Part shown: in pieces, positions 1 to 12,700 of the stretch | Layout of the letters: every line of letters starts with the position of its first letter | How positions within the stretch are numbered: the first letter of the stretch is position 1 | Source: Mobula hypostoma | Lineage: Eukaryota | Direction of reading: 5' to 3' | NCBI RefSeq assembly: GCF_963921235.1 | Contig: NC_086097.1 | Span: forward strand, 89,158,001 to 89,222,000 | Length of the DNA: 64,000 nucleotides | Position numbers and translations under genes: made by a program | The notes under the pieces: model-generated | The model's database searches: none | Told to the model about the DNA's origin: nothing | What the model saw: the letters and a program-made list of their open reading frames with translations, nothing else

Positions 1-536
1 GACATTGTTCCCAAAGTCAATGGCCCCTAATTCAGATGAAAATATATAAGTCTGAATCCAAGTTCATGTCACTCCTGGTGGTCAGGAGCTCGATAGAGTG
101 AAGAGCCTATTTCCATGCTATATCTCTCTATGACTCTTTGACTCTATGAATTGGGTGACCTAAAGATTGTAAGGAAGCTCCCCATATCAGAACTTATAAA
201 ATCCTGGGAATTTTCAAAAAAATTGCAGGTCAAATCAGGAGAGCACTCATGTGAGCACTTTGTAAATGGACTGTTTCAAAGCTAAATGATCTCTGATCAA
301 GTACAGATCTTTTTTATTTCTCCATTGCCAAATTCCAAACCACAGCTTCAAGAGCAGGACAGAGGTTAACAATCCTGAAGTGAGTGCCTCAGCTCGGAAA
401 ACCTGGTCTTCCACTATGTAAAAGGTGCAAGTCAGGATACATACTTTGATGATAAATATACCTTGAAATTTGAGGGTCACAACAGAATACTCTCCATTTG
501 CCTGGATTAGTGTAGTTCCAATTATACTTAAGTGTT

Positions 537-688
537 GGCGCATGGCCAAGTGGTTAAGGCGTTCGTCTAGTGATCTGAAGGTCACTAGTTCGAGCCTTGG
601 CTGAGGCAGCGTGTGTGTCCTTGAGGAAGGCAATTAACCACACATTGCTCTGCGACGACACCAGTGCCAAGCTGTATGGGTCCTAATG
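537..688 (+). mobile_element. tRNA-derived SINE with CORE-like body, 3'-truncated
   Basis: A box TGGCCAAGTGG 543-553, B box AGTTCGAGCC 587-596. TGTGTCCTTGAGGAAGGCAATTAACC resembles the CORE/Meta SINE central motif. Ends abruptly in the G tract. Confidence 0.7.
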
Positions 689-870
689 GGGGGGAGGGGG
701 GGAGGGATGGGGGGGAGGGGGGAGGGAGGGGGGGGGGGGGGGGGGGGGAGGGGGGAGGGAGGGAGTGAGGGAGGGGGGAGGGGGGAGGGAGTGAGGGAGG
801 GGGGAGGGAGTGAGGGAGGGGGTGAGGGAGGGAGGGAGGGAGGGAGGGGGTGAGGGAGGGAGGGAGGGAG
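688..870. repeat. Poly-G / (GGGA)n low-complexity tract
   Basis: Almost only G and A, including a run of over 20 G. Confidence 0.95.
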
Positions 871-1972
871 GGCTGAGTGTTGGGCTGGTGGGTGAGGGAG
901 AGAGGGCTGAGTGTTGGCTGATGGGTGAGTGAGGGTTGAGTGTTGGGCTGATGGGTGAGGGAGGGCTGAGTGTTGGCTGATGGGTGAGTGAGGGCTGAGT
1001 GTTGGGCTGGTGGGTGAGGGAGGGCTGAGTGTTGGGCTGGTGGGTGAGGGAGGGCTGAGTGTTGGCTGGTGGGTGAGGGAGGGCTGAGTGTTGGGCTGGT
1101 GGGTGAAGGAGGGCTGAGTGTTGGGGCTGGTAGGTGAGGGAGGGCTGAGTGTTGGGGCTGGTAGGTGAGGGAGGGCTGAGTGTTGGGCTGGTGGGTGAGG
1201 GAGGGCTGAGTGTTGGGCTGGTGGGTGAGGGAGGGCTGAGTGTTGGGCTGGTGGGTGAGGGAGGGCTGAGTGTTGGGCTGGTGGGTGAGGGAGGGCTGAG
1301 TGTTGGGCTGGTGGGTGAGGGAGGGCTGAGTGTTGGGCTGATGGGTGAGGGAGGGCTGAGTGTTGGGGCTGGTGGGTGAGGGAGGGTTGAGTGTTGGGCT
1401 GGTGGGTGAGGGAGGGCTGAGTGTTGGGCGAGGGAGGGGTGAGGGAGGGCTGAGTGTTGGGCGAGGGAGGGCTGAGTGTTGGGCTGGTGGGTGAGGGAGG
1501 GCTGAGTGTTGGGCTGGTGGGTGAGGGAGGGCTGAGTGTTGGGCTGATGGGCGAGGGAGGGCTGAGTGTTGGGCTGGTGGGCGAGGGAGGGCTGAGTGTT
1601 GGGCGAGGGAGGGCTGAGTGTTGGGCTGGTGGGTGAGGGAGGGCTGAGTGTTGGGCTGGTGGGCGAGGGAGGGCTGAGTGTTGGGCTGGTGGGTGAGGGA
1701 GGGCTGAGTGTTGGGCTGGTGGGTGAGGGAGGGCTGAGTGTTGGGCGAGGGAGGGCTGAGTGTTGGGCTGGTGGGTGAGGGAGGGCTGAGTGTTGGGCTG
1801 GTGGGTGAGGGAGGGCTGAGTGTTGGGCGAGGGAGGGCTGAGTGTTGGGCTGGTGGGTGAGGGAGGGCTGAGTGTTGGGCTGGTGGGTGAGGGAGGGTTG
1901 AGTGGTGGGCTGGTGGGTGAGGGAGGGTTGAGTGGTGGGCTGGTGGGTGAGGGAGGGTTGAGTGGTGGGTGA
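865..1972. repeat. G-rich minisatellite, 30-bp unit GAGGGCTGAGTGTTGGGCTGGTGGGTGAGG with shorter 22-bp variants
   Basis: Exact 30-bp periodicity visible at 1201-1320. Interspersed GGGAGGGCTGAGTGTTGGGCGA variants and 29/31-bp units. Confidence 0.97.
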
Positions 1973-2264
1973 GAGCGCTGGGAGTATAGGATGTGCAAAC
2001 GCTGGAGTTGGATGTTGGTCGTGAGCTGGGCTTGGGTGATGGCAATGAGTCGAAGTTGGTTGATGGGATGAGCAGGGGGTGGGACGTGCTGGGTGTTGTG
2101 ACGAAACGCTGCTGAATTGTGTATTGTAATGGGGCTGGGTGTTGGGACGTACTAGGTGTTGTGTTACACTTCCTGTTGTACAGGCTAGGAGGCCACAGCG
2201 CCCGTTTTCGCATTCACCTGCGGACTCAGAGAACACCTCGCAACGGCCCAGGAGCGCCGCCAAT

Positions 2265-2697
2265 ATGACCAGCCCCAGCTTGCCGACCTTCACCCTGCTA
2301 GCCTGCCTGCTGTTGCTGCCGCTGCCCCGGGGCAGCAGGGTCGCCGTAGCTGAAGAATGCCAGCGCAACTTCGAGCTGGGTCGGGAAGACTTCGTCCTGG
2401 ATACAGACGATTCTGTGGCGGCGGGCGCCACCTTCCTGAGTTCGCCCAACGTGAACCGCGCCCGCGACTGTCTGCGGCTCTGCTGCCGCCTCCGAGACTG
2501 TAATGTGGTCCTGCTGGAGGACATGGCCGGCCAGTCCACGGTCGAGCCCATGTACCGGACCATCAAGGGCTGCTTCCTCTTCAACTGCCTCTACAACAAG
2601 GACTACGTCTGCCGGTTCTTCAGGAGGGCTGGTTTCAGCAACTTCATCCTCAGGGATGTCTACAAAGAGTACCTCAAGCCCAGGTCACCTGAAGAAG
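2265..2697 (+). CDS. SPINT1: SPINT1/HAI-1 first coding exon: signal peptide + MANEC domain
   Basis: ATG at 2265 (AATATGA). MTSPSLPTFTLLACLLLLPLP hydrophobic leader, then an 8-Cys MANEC domain (FVLDTDDSVAAGATFLSSP..DCLRLCC...CN..CFLFNCLY...VCRF). Donor AAG|GTAACC, phase 1. A probable upstream acceptor TTGTACAG at 2176-2183 means the exon likely starts at 2184. CpG-rich. Confidence 0.95.
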
Positions 2698-2709
2698 GTA
2701 ACCGAACTC

Positions 2710-3855
2710 GCTGCTCCCCCCCACCGCCCCGTCACTCCTCCCCCGCCCCCGGCCACATTGCTCCTTCCCCCTCCCCGTCACCCCAGTCTCTCCTCTCATG
2801 CATCTCCCCACCCCACGTCTCTCCTCCCCATCAGACTCTTTGTTCCCTCCACCCCCGGTCACTCCCTCCCACCCACCACCCTATCACCCCATTTTCTCCA
2901 TCCCCTATCTCTCCTTCCCTCTGACTCTCTGGCACCCCCACCCATGTCACTCATTCCCCACCACCCCGTCACCCCAGTCATTCCTCCCACTGTGTCCCCT
3001 CCTTTCCAACTCTCTGCCCCCACACCCCCCACCACTCCCTCCTACCTAACACCACATCAACCCGTCCCTCCTTCCACCCAGTCTCCTCCGTACGACTCTC
3101 TGTCCCCACCAGCCATGTCACTCCCCCGCCCCGCTGTCTCCATCCCAGACCCATCCCAATGTCCACCCACCCGCTGTTTCTTCGTTCCCCCCCACCTTCA
3201 TCACTCCTTCCTGTCTACCACCCTATCTCCCCAATCACTCCACCCCTCTTGCTCTCTGTCCCTCCACCCCCTCCCCTCACTCCTTTCCAATTCCCCCCAC
3301 ACCCCTCAGTCCTTCCCGTTCATCCTATCCCTCCCTTCCCCCGTCATTGCAGTCCCCTCACCCGTCTCGCTCTCCCCCTCCACCATCTCGCTGTACCACC
3401 CCTCTCCCTGTCTGTCTGTACCCCCACCCCTGTCTCTCTGTACCCCCTACCCCCTCACTCCTTCCTATTCTTCCCTACCCTCCTGTCACCCCAGTTACTC
3501 CTCCCTCCATCTCTCCATCTCTCATCTCTCCTCCCCATCGCCTCTCCTTCCCCCATCCCTGTTACTCCCTCTAGTCACTCTGTCCCCCTCATAGCCCATC
3601 TCTCCATTCCCACCCCCCAAACCTCAACTTTTCTTCTAAATCCCCATCTCTACGCACCCCTCTAACTCCTGTCCGTCTTCCTTCACCCTCCCAAACTCCC
3701 GCCTCCCCATCTCTCTGACCCCCATCCTAAATCTGCTGTCAGCCCTGTATCTCCTACCCTCACCCTCTCATTTCCTCATTTCCCTCCCCTTGTCTCTCAC
3801 TTCCTTGTTCCTCCTTCCACCTGGCTTTTCACTTCCTTGCCCCCCTCCCTCCATA
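2710..3855. repeat. C/T-rich low-complexity tract
   Basis: About 1.1 kb of very G-poor, C-rich non-periodic sequence directly after the exon donor. Confidence 0.9.
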
Positions 3856-5897
3856 AGTACTGCCTGACTTGCATTGGCTTCCTCCAGCATCGTATGTGTT
3901 TCGGTCAAGCTTTCTAACAGCTGCAGAATCTCTTTTGTGCAGTCAATCAAGTGTTTTTGAATTGTGCTCTCAATTGTGTGACTGGATATAACAGAACAAA
4001 TTTTCATGCAGGAAGATTCCACTTGTAGCATTGACAAATGATCTGACAACATTGTTTGAGGGGTAAACGGATGGAAGAACCTTGGAGCAAAAAAAACCTC
4101 CTCCAATGCAGGGTCTCAATGCGAAACGTCAACCAAGCCTCTGTCTTCTTCCAGTAATTTGGGTTTTTTTTTTGCTGAGACGTAAAATGTTGGGCAGCGC
4201 ACCAGAAGCTGTTGTCCTTGAAATGGTGCCTTTGGATCTTCTAAATGAAGATCAGAAGCTGCAGATGCTAGAAATCTGAAATATAAAAAGGAAATGTTGG
4301 AAACACACAACAGATCAATCAGCAAATGTGGAAAAAGAAGGAGAAAATGTTTGCAGAGCTCACATGGTAGTTGGGTTCCTTGGGTTTCTCCTCGTTCACC
4401 AGAGGGGGTAAATTATAGCCATGATGCTGCAAATTGTTTTTTTGTTTTGTTCCATATTCCTGTATCTGCTGTCTCGTGTGTCTCTCGTAAAATACACTTA
4501 CAGTATGTTCACTATGGATGTCACCTCAGAGCAGAGTCTCGGCACTGTGTTATGAACCAATCCTGATGTGAGCTTGTGACCTGAATCGTCGACAATTCCT
4601 TTTCTCCCACTGATGCTGCTTGACCTACTGAGTTCCTCTAGCAGATTGTTTGGTATGACTTGTTTTGTGGACGAATCAGTGAAGGATGGGCATTGAAGAA
4701 GCGCGGTGGTTGAGATGTGTGGAACTTTGCATAAGAGAATGAATAAGCTGCAGGGAAGTTAAGTGAGGTTGAAAGGCTCTCGAGGATTTGATACACTGGA
4801 AGCCAGAATGGACTTAATGTCTGAATGACCTCCTGGCTTATAATAAGTGGTCCTGGCCAGGTTTTTGATTTAAAGTAAATGTAAAGAATGAAATGAAAGA
4901 ACAGAAAATGTTGTAAATTCTCAGCAAGTCAGGCAGCACCTTTGGAAACAGAGACAGTTAACACTTCAGGTTTTAATTCAGATACCCAGAATCAGTAGCT
5001 TATTGTGACTTTTCAACAACTGTAAAGCATGGCCTTGTCCTGTGAGTCTTTAGTCTTTGGTTAATTCTTAACTCCCTCCTACACATGTGGATGAAAGGTG
5101 CAAAAGGTGAATAGTGTATTTTGAAAAATGCATTTTGCTTATGAGACACATTAAAGCTAACCTCTTGTGAGCTTGGTTGCCTCTCAGTTTCAGTCAAGCC
5201 AGGGTTGCCAGTAAAAACAGCTTAGTGTGGTAATTATTAATGTGCAAAAATCATTTACTTAATGTAGCACAGCTATACTCCTGCAGTGAAATGTCTCTGC
5301 CATCCCAATGACATGTACAAGCTATGTGAGTGGATAGTAATTGACAAGTGAAGGTTTAGGTTGCTGAAGATCTGTACATGCAGGCAGTAACAAGGAGTTC
5401 TGTGAAAAGCTTCAAGGACAAGCACAACTACTTCCTGTCTTTCAATTAGCTAATCAGTGAATGATATCTAAATGGTGTCAGCAAAGTCCATTAACTCTTC
5501 AATATGTCGACAGTGCTATCGCATCCTCTGGACGGTCCTAAAATGATGCAGAGCCAAGGAAGAACTGATAGTTTGTAATTTGGCAGCTAATTTGTGCATC
5601 GTAAAATCCCATACACAAAACAAATTCATGATCCAAGACACTTTTTGTGAGTTGATTTGATGTGGTAAATGCTGTACAGATTGCGTCTGTCTCTTTTCTG
5701 AAATTGTTTCGATCTCCAGTTGAAATGATCCATCAGTCAATCATTCAAAGGTGTGACCTGCAATGTTTCTCTATATGGGCTGGATTGAGTTGGACACAGC
5801 TCATGCCTTGCATGAAAATAATGAATTATTGTCCAAACAGAGCTTATGTGTGACAGTTGACAAACAGGTCGAGATAGAATAGGACAACAAACACGAG

Positions 5898-6088
5898 AAA
5901 ATGCTGGAAATCCAAAGCAACACATACAAGATGCTGGAGGAACTCAGCAGGCTGGGCAGCATCAATGAAAAAGAGCAAACAACAGACATTGTTGGGCCAA
6001 GACCCTTCTTCAGTCCTGATGAAGAGTCTCTGCGAGAATCATTACTCTTTTCTATAGATGCTGCTTGGCCTGCTGAGTTCCTGCAGCA
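5898..6088. mobile_element. Fold-back element made of two inverted Penelope-type termini
   Basis: TGCTGGAGGAACTCAGCAGGC..GCAGCATC on the left pairs with GATGCTGC..GCCTGCTGAGTTCCTGCAGCA on the right. Degenerate CTGATGA hammerhead cores at the centre. Confidence 0.75.
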
Positions 6089-6136
6089 GGATAGAACAGG
6101 AAACTGTTGATCACATTCAAATGAATTGGACTGCAT

Positions 6137-6620
6137 TAGATTAGATTAGATTATGAGGACACGCAGTCTTCTTTTATTGTCATTTAGTTATGCATGCATT
6201 AAGAAATGATGCAGGTTTTTCCAGAATGATATCACAGAAACACATGACAAACCGACTTAAAAACTGACAAAAACCACATAATTATAACATATAGTTACAA
6301 CAGTGCAAAGCAATACCATAATTTGATAAGAACAGACCATGGGCATGGTAAAAGTCTCAAAGTCTCTCAAAAGTCCCATCATCTCACGCAGACGGTGAAC
6401 CTCCAGCACTGCAAACTTGCTGATGCAGCATCCTGGAAGCATCCGACTCCGAGTCTGTCCGAAGACTCCGAGCCTCCGACCAGCTGTCCAACACCAAGCA
6501 CTGAGCACCATCTCTGCCGAGCGCTTCGACTCCGGCCATGGCAATAGGCAAAGCCGAGGATTTGGGGCCTTCCCCTCTGGTGATCCTCGATCACACAGTA
6601 GCAGTGGCAGCCCAGCCCCC
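6137..6620 (-). mobile_element. Short non-autonomous retroposon with (TCTAA)n tail, 5'-truncated copy
   Basis: Aligns by eye with 27289-27960. Starts TAGATTAGATTAGATTATGAGGACAC on the + strand. Confidence 0.8.
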
Positions 6621-7171
6621 CAGCTCAGGGTAATATACTGTATATTGTCCTTGAATTTATTCATGTGTCCGCATCTGATCTCCAGTGCCTTCTACATTTC
6701 TCCAATCCAGATGGATGTGGAATTATGTAATGTATTGATGTGAAAATGCTAGAAAAGCTTGCAGGTCAGGCAGCATCTGTGGAGAAAGAAACAAACAATT
6801 TATCAGATCTGTGACTTTTCGTTGGGAAACTCGCAAATTTCTACAGATGTACTGTGGAGAGCATTCTAACTGGCTGCACCACTGTCTAGCATGGAGGGCT
6901 ACTGCACAGGATCAAAATAAGCTGCACAGAGTTTTGTAAACTTAGTCATCTACATCAAGGTCACTAGCCTCCGTAGCACCCAGAACATCTTCAAGGAGGG
7001 ATGCCTCAGAAAGGCAGCATCCATCACCAAGGACCCACATACTCAACGATTCAGGAACTGCTTCTTCCCCTCTGCCATCTGATTTTTGAATGGACATTAA
7101 ACCCATGAACACTACCTCACTACTTTTCTTTTAATTTCCACTTTTGCACTACTTATTTAATTTAACATATA

Positions 7172-8788
7172 CAGTGGCATGCCAAAGTTTGGGCACCCCT
7201 GGTCAAAATTCCTGTTACTGTAAATAGTTAAGTGAGTAGAAGATGAACTGATCTCCAAAAGTCATTAAGTTAAAGCTGAAACATTCTTTTCAACGTTTTA
7301 AGCAACATTAGTGTATCATTTTTGTTTTGTACAATTTTAGAGTGGAAAAAAAGGAAAGAAGTGCCATGCAGAAGTCTGGGCATCCCAAAAGATCTGAGCT
7401 CTCAGATAACTTTTACTAAGGTCTCAGACCTTAATTAGCTTGTTAGGGCTATGGCTTGTTCACAGTCATTGTTAGGAAAGGCCAGGTGATGCAAATTTCA
7501 AAGCTTTATGAATACCCTGACTCCTCAAACCTTGTCCCATCAATCAGCAGCCATGGGCTCCTCTAAGCAGCTGCCTAGCACTCTGAAAATTAAAATAAAT
7601 GATGCCCACAAAGCAGGAGAAGGTTATAAGAAGATAGCAAAGCGTTTTCAGATAGTCGTTTCCTCAGTTTGTAATGTAATTAAGAAATGGCAGTTAACAG
7701 GAATGGTGGAGGTCAAGTTGAGGTCTGGAAGACCAAGAAAACCTTCTGAGAGAAATGCTCATAGGATTGCTAGAAAGGCAAATCAAAACCCCCGTTTGAC
7801 TGCAAAAGACCTGCAGGAAGATTTAACAGACTCCAGAGTGGTGGTGCACTGTTCTACAGTGCAGCAACACCTGCACAAATATGACTTTCATGGAAGAGTC
7901 ATCAGAAGAAAACCTTTCCTATATCCTCACCACAAAATGCAGCGTCTGAAGTTTGCAAAGGAACATCTAAATAAGTCTGATGCGTTTTGGAAACAAGTCC
8001 TGTGGACTGATGAAGTTAAAATAGAACTTTTTGGCCACAATGAGCAAAAGTATGTTTGGAGAAAAAAGGGTACAGAATTTCACGAAAAGAACACCTCTCC
8101 AACTGTTAAGCACGGGGGGTGGATCAATCATGCTTTGGGCTTGTGTTGCAGCCAGTGGCATGGGAAACATTTCACTGGTAGAGGGAAGAATGAATTCAAT
8201 TAAATACCAGCAAATTCTGGAAGCAAACATCACATCATCTTTAAAAAAAAGCTGAAGATGAAAAGAGGATGGCTTCTACAACAGGATAATGAACCTAAAC
8301 ACACCTCAAAATCCACAATGGACTACCTCAAGAGGCGCAAGCTGAAGGTTTTGCCATGGCCCTCACAGTCCCCTGACCTAAACATCATCGAAAATCTGTG
8401 GATAGACCTCAAAAGAGAAGTGCATGCAAAACAGCCCAAGAATCTCATAGAACTAGAAACCTTTTGCAAGGGAGAATAGGCGAAAATCCCCCAAACAAGA
8501 ATTGAAAGACTCTTAGCTGGCTGCAGAAATCATTTACAAGCTGTGATACTTGCCAAACGGGGTGTTACTAAGTACTGATCATGCAGAGTGCCCAAACTTT
8601 TGCTTCGGGCCCTTTTCCTTTTTTGTTATTTTGAAACTGTAAAAGATGGAAATAAAAAAGTAATCTTGCTTAAAATATTAGAGAAATGTGTCAACTTTAA
8701 CTTTATGCCTTTTGGAAATCAGGTCATCTTTTACTCGCTTAGCTATTCACAGTAATAGAAATTTTGACCAAACTTTTGCATGCCACTG
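7172..8788 (+). mobile_element. Full-length Tc1 (DD34E, IR/DR type) DNA transposon, inactive
   Basis: TA|CAGTGGCATGC...GCATGCCACTG|TA. Inverted repeats of about 210 bp with inner direct repeats near 7366-7386 and 8580-8603. Confidence 0.95.
7553..8578 (+). pseudogene. Tc1 transposase pseudogene
   Basis: MGSSKQL..GYKKIAK HTH, GRPRK linker, WTDE / QQDN / SPDLNIIEN triad with 34 aa between D and E. Frameshifts at G6 (8114-8119) and A8 (8243-8250), TAG at 8477-8479. Confidence 0.93.
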
Positions 8789-9593
8789 TATATCTTTTTT
8801 GTAATTCACAGTGTTTTTCCCTATTATTATGTATTGCATTGTACTGCTGCTGCAAAGACACCAAATTTCACGACATACGCTTACGATATTAAACCTGATT
8901 CTCATTCTGAATGTACAGAACTAACTAGGTGCTTTGTACAGAACAGCTATCTGGTCACCAGTGTGTTCCAGCACATTGTGTCTCAATGCACTCATTTTGT
9001 CTCTGCTTGGATTGTTATGTGGCAAAACTTGCTTCAGGGGATTTTCACTGTCTTGTTTATGGTTGAACTTCTGCCAGACTCTGTGAAGGTGCAAGCTTCT
9101 AATCAGGTGGCTTCTTTCATTGAGTTAGTATTCCAAGAAGTATCACTGCTTATCACAGAATGAATTAGTGTTGATATTAGTCACACAGAAATCACATATT
9201 TTTGCTACCTTCCCTGATTCTTTCCTGAATACACTAATGTGAGTTATTAAGAAATTATTTTGCCATAAAATAACCAAGTACCAGTTTAATCCTAACCTTC
9301 TCCCAGCATTCGTATATTTTGTTTTCTTGTAGGAGCAGATGGATGATTAATTCTGAGTATCTGTTGGTTAGTTATGATCACGGGCTAAAGAAAGACACAT
9401 AGAAGCTGTTTATGTTTACGTAAAGCTTTAACCAACCACTGATGAAGAGAGCCTACCTTCTCAGCAGAACCAGACGTGAAAAATGTAGACCTCACCAGTA
9501 ATACCTACATATTGAGATGCACGTAGAAATAATAAAGAATCTAAATAAATGAATGACGCATTGAAGTAGCTGAAAAAATAATTGAAAGGTTAA

Positions 9594-9730
9594 GCAACAC
9601 ACATACAATGCTGGAGGAACTCAGCAAGCCAGGCAGCATTTATGGAAAAGAGTACAGTTGATATTTCGGGCTGAGACTCCTCGGCAGGACTCTTTTCCAT
9701 AGATCCTCCAGCATTTTGTGTGTGTTGCTT
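9594..9730. mobile_element. Fold-back Penelope-terminus element
   Basis: GCAACACACA..ATGCTGGAGGA pairs with TCCTCCAGCATTTTGTGTGTGTTGC. Mutated hammerhead on the - strand at 9655-9691. Confidence 0.75.
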
Positions 9731-11559
9731 GTTCTGGGTCTGTGCTATAATATAGGTACAGAACTGAAGAAAGTTAGAAGGAATTGCCAGAGGAGATGGC
9801 AGAGCAGTGGCACAGCAGGTGATGTTTCTACTGTGGTCCAGTGACCTGGGTTCAATCTGTGTTCTCTCTGTGACTGCTGAGGTTCCCCCTCCTCTGCCAC
9901 CTCATCATCCCAAACCTTAAGAGGTTCTGGTTGATGTTAAATTACCACTAATATAAGTGGATGGTGGAGGAAGAAGGGTGGAGTTGATGTGCACACAAAG
10001 AGAATAGTTTGTGTGGGAAATAAGTTGGTCAGTGGGACTGCTCCGAGACCTGGTGTGAATGGTAAGAGCTGCCAGGCTTTGACTAAGTATTCATGAAAGA
10101 ATAATGATTTATTTCCACCGGCCGGGGTAAATTTGAAGGGGGTCTTGCAAATGTTGATGCATCCTGGTGTCTTGAACCCTTTGGGATGGTAGAGGGTGGA
10201 GATTTGGAAGGTGTTGTTGAAGGAACATTGGCAGGTTGTGGAGCGCATTTTGGAAGCGATGCACTCTAATAGGCTTCTCGGATGTTGGAGGGAGTTAACG
10301 TGTCATGTGGAGAATGGGTTGTGAATCCTGATGGTATTGAGCTTCTGGAAGGATAATGCAGCTCCTTTGAGCAAATGGGGTGGCTTCACACAGCCAGGAT
10401 ATTCAGCCTATGACACGCAGTTATGGCCATGGGTTTATTTATTTAAAGTTACAAAACAGTAACAGGCCCTTCTGGCCCAATGGGCCAGTGCCAGCTAATT
10501 ACACATATGTGATTATGACCCGATGTTGGTAGAAAGCTGAGCACCCATGTGGTCATGGAGAACATACAAACTCCTTACAGTCAGTGACTGAATTGAACCT
10601 GGCCTAACCCCAACCGTAATAGCATTACACTAACTGCTATACTACCATGCTGCCCGTGGCCACTCTAGTTAAACTTAGAGCTAACGATGAGGGAATTCAG
10701 CTATACTAATGCCATTGAATGCCAAAGTGGGTTAGACTTTATTGGTGATTGTCACGGCTGGTTGTTTATTGTTTTGGTCTTGTATAAGTGCTTTGTTACC
10801 CAAGGAATGGCACTGTTATCTCGGGACAGAGATGAAGGACTGCCAATAAGCTCATCCATTTCCCCTTTATGAAGGAATGAACCCAGTCAGTGAACTGCTT
10901 TCCACCTATTTCCTGTAAGTTGTTTTACCAAGGCTCATTGATGCCACATTTGATCAGCTGCTATCTTGGTGTCAAGTGGATTTCTCATTTCATCTTTTGG
11001 ATTCACCTCTTTGGATGAAAGCTGTAATGGAGCATTAACTTGCATTAGTACTCAGTTTCGTTGCATATGTGTTGTTTGATGGCAACCTTCATAGATTGTG
11101 GTGTCATTCCCTAGACTGGCATTTAACAAACTTTTTGTGATCACAACTTTCCATGTTGCTACGTAAATGCAGTATGTTGTAACTGCATTGGAACATTGTG
11201 GCTAAGATCTAGACTAGTTCAGTAACACACAGTTTTCATAGTTAAACTGCATTTTATCTGGCCTCTTTGCCTCTATGGCTGCTTCTTGGTATCATGGAGT
11301 GAGTCAAATTGACTAAAATGCTTTCAGAGGAAGATTGACATGTGTTTCTGCCAGTGATCTTTGAATATGAGGAGATAGCTCCAGCAGCCCAAGTTTGATT
11401 CTGATCTCTGGTGCTTTTCTCTCTGTGACTAATTTCTTTCCTCTGGTGTGCTCTGGTTTCTCCCACATCCCAAGGTCGTGCAGCTTGTTTGTTTACGGAT
11501 GTGAGTTGGGGCTGTGGGAAGGATGAGCAACCGAACTATGACCGCGTGGTTCAGGGAGC

Positions 11560-12700
11560 CATTCAAAGGTGAAGGGGAGAGAAGAGAAATGTAGTTGTCA
11601 TTGGGAATTGTATGGTTGGGGCAATAAATGCAATTCTGTACTGCAAGCATCAAGAGTCCCAAAGGCTGTGTTGTTTGCCTGGTGCCCAGGATCAGAATAT
11701 CTCTCCTGACCTGAGAAGGGATTTGCATTGGGAGGGGAAAGATTCGCTTTATGTGATCCATGAGGATAAATGTCACAGACAGAACAAGGAAAGAGGTTCT
11801 GCTGAGGCAATTTGAGCAGCTAGGGACTAAATTAAAATGCAGGAGCAGAAAGGTAATAATGTCTGGATTTGTTACCTGAGCCAGGTGTGTGATGGTACAG
11901 GGCTAATAAGATTGGAGAGTTGAATGCGTTTCTCAAAGATTGGTGTGGGAGAAGTGGGTTTGAATTTGTAGGACACTGGCAGCAGTGTTGGGGAAGGAGG
12001 AAACTTTTGATGAAGCAGGCTCCATGAGCCACGCTGGGACCAGGGTCCTGGCAAATCGCGTAACTAGGGCTGTCGATAGGGCTTTAAACTAAATAGTAGA
12101 GAGGTGGGTTCAACAACCTGGAAAGTATGGATACTCCACATGGAATATTGTGATCAGTTTTGGGCCCCATATCTAAGAATGGATGTGCTGGTGTTGGTGA
12201 GGGTCCAAAGGCTTCTTGCCAACGCCAGCACATTGGTCACAGGAACAAAGGGGTTAATGTATGAGGAGTGTTTGATGGCTCTGGGCCTGTATTCGCTGGA
12301 GTTTAGAATAACGAAAGGGGTGGGGGATCTAATTGAAATCTATAGATAATTGACAGTCCTATGTAGAGTGGACATGGAGAGGGTGTTTCTAATACTGGGA
12401 CGGTCTAAGACCAAAGGGCACAGACTCAGAATGCAAGAATGTCTGTTTAGAACAGACATGATGAGAAATTTCTTTAGCCAGAGGGTGGTGAGTCTGTAGA
12501 ATTCGTTACTACAGGCAGCTGTGGAAGGCAAGTTATTGGGTATATTTAAAGCAGAGATATAAGTTCTTGATTAGTAAGTGCGTCAAAGGGAAAAGGCAGG
12601 AGAATGGGGTTGAAAGGGGAAATAAATAAGCCATGATCAAATATGGAGTAGACTTGATGGAATGAATAGTCTAATTCTGCTCCTATATCTTATGGTTAAT
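11560..12700 (+). mobile_element. CR1 LINE relic: ORF1 SGNH-esterase fragment joined to ORF2 3' end
   Basis: VVVIGN..RLCCLPGA motif at 11590-11690, EYCDQFWAPYLR..LGLYSLEFR at 12140-12310, CR1-type tail ending GCTCCTATATCTTATGG. Confidence 0.8.

Larger units (their letters stand above)
6830..8910 (+). mobile_element. Rex1/Babar-type LINE 3' fragment interrupted by Tc1
   Basis: 6830-7171 encodes an NFYRCTVESILTGCT-like motif. The 3' UTR resumes at 8791 and ends AAACCTGATTCTCATTCTGA. Confidence 0.7.

Noticed and set aside
537..610. Functional tRNA gene
   Set aside because: A and B boxes are present but there is no convincing acceptor stem or poly-T terminator, and it runs into a SINE body.
865..1972. 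Possible CRISPR array
   Set aside because: Head-to-tail repeats with no unique spacers, no cas genes, eukaryotic context.
2139..2264. N-terminal extension of ORF 2139-2924
   Set aside because: It starts at a non-ATG codon. The ATG at 2265 directly precedes the signal peptide and an acceptor-like site lies at 2183.
585..2584. Long - strand ORFs of 454-633 aa rich in P/S/T/H/Q
   Set aside because: They are translations of the 30-bp minisatellite, open in all three frames because the unit lacks stops on that strand. No protein-like complexity.
2698..3665. Pro/Ser-rich ORF extensions after the MANEC domain
   Set aside because: Read-through past the splice donor into a low-complexity C-rich intron.
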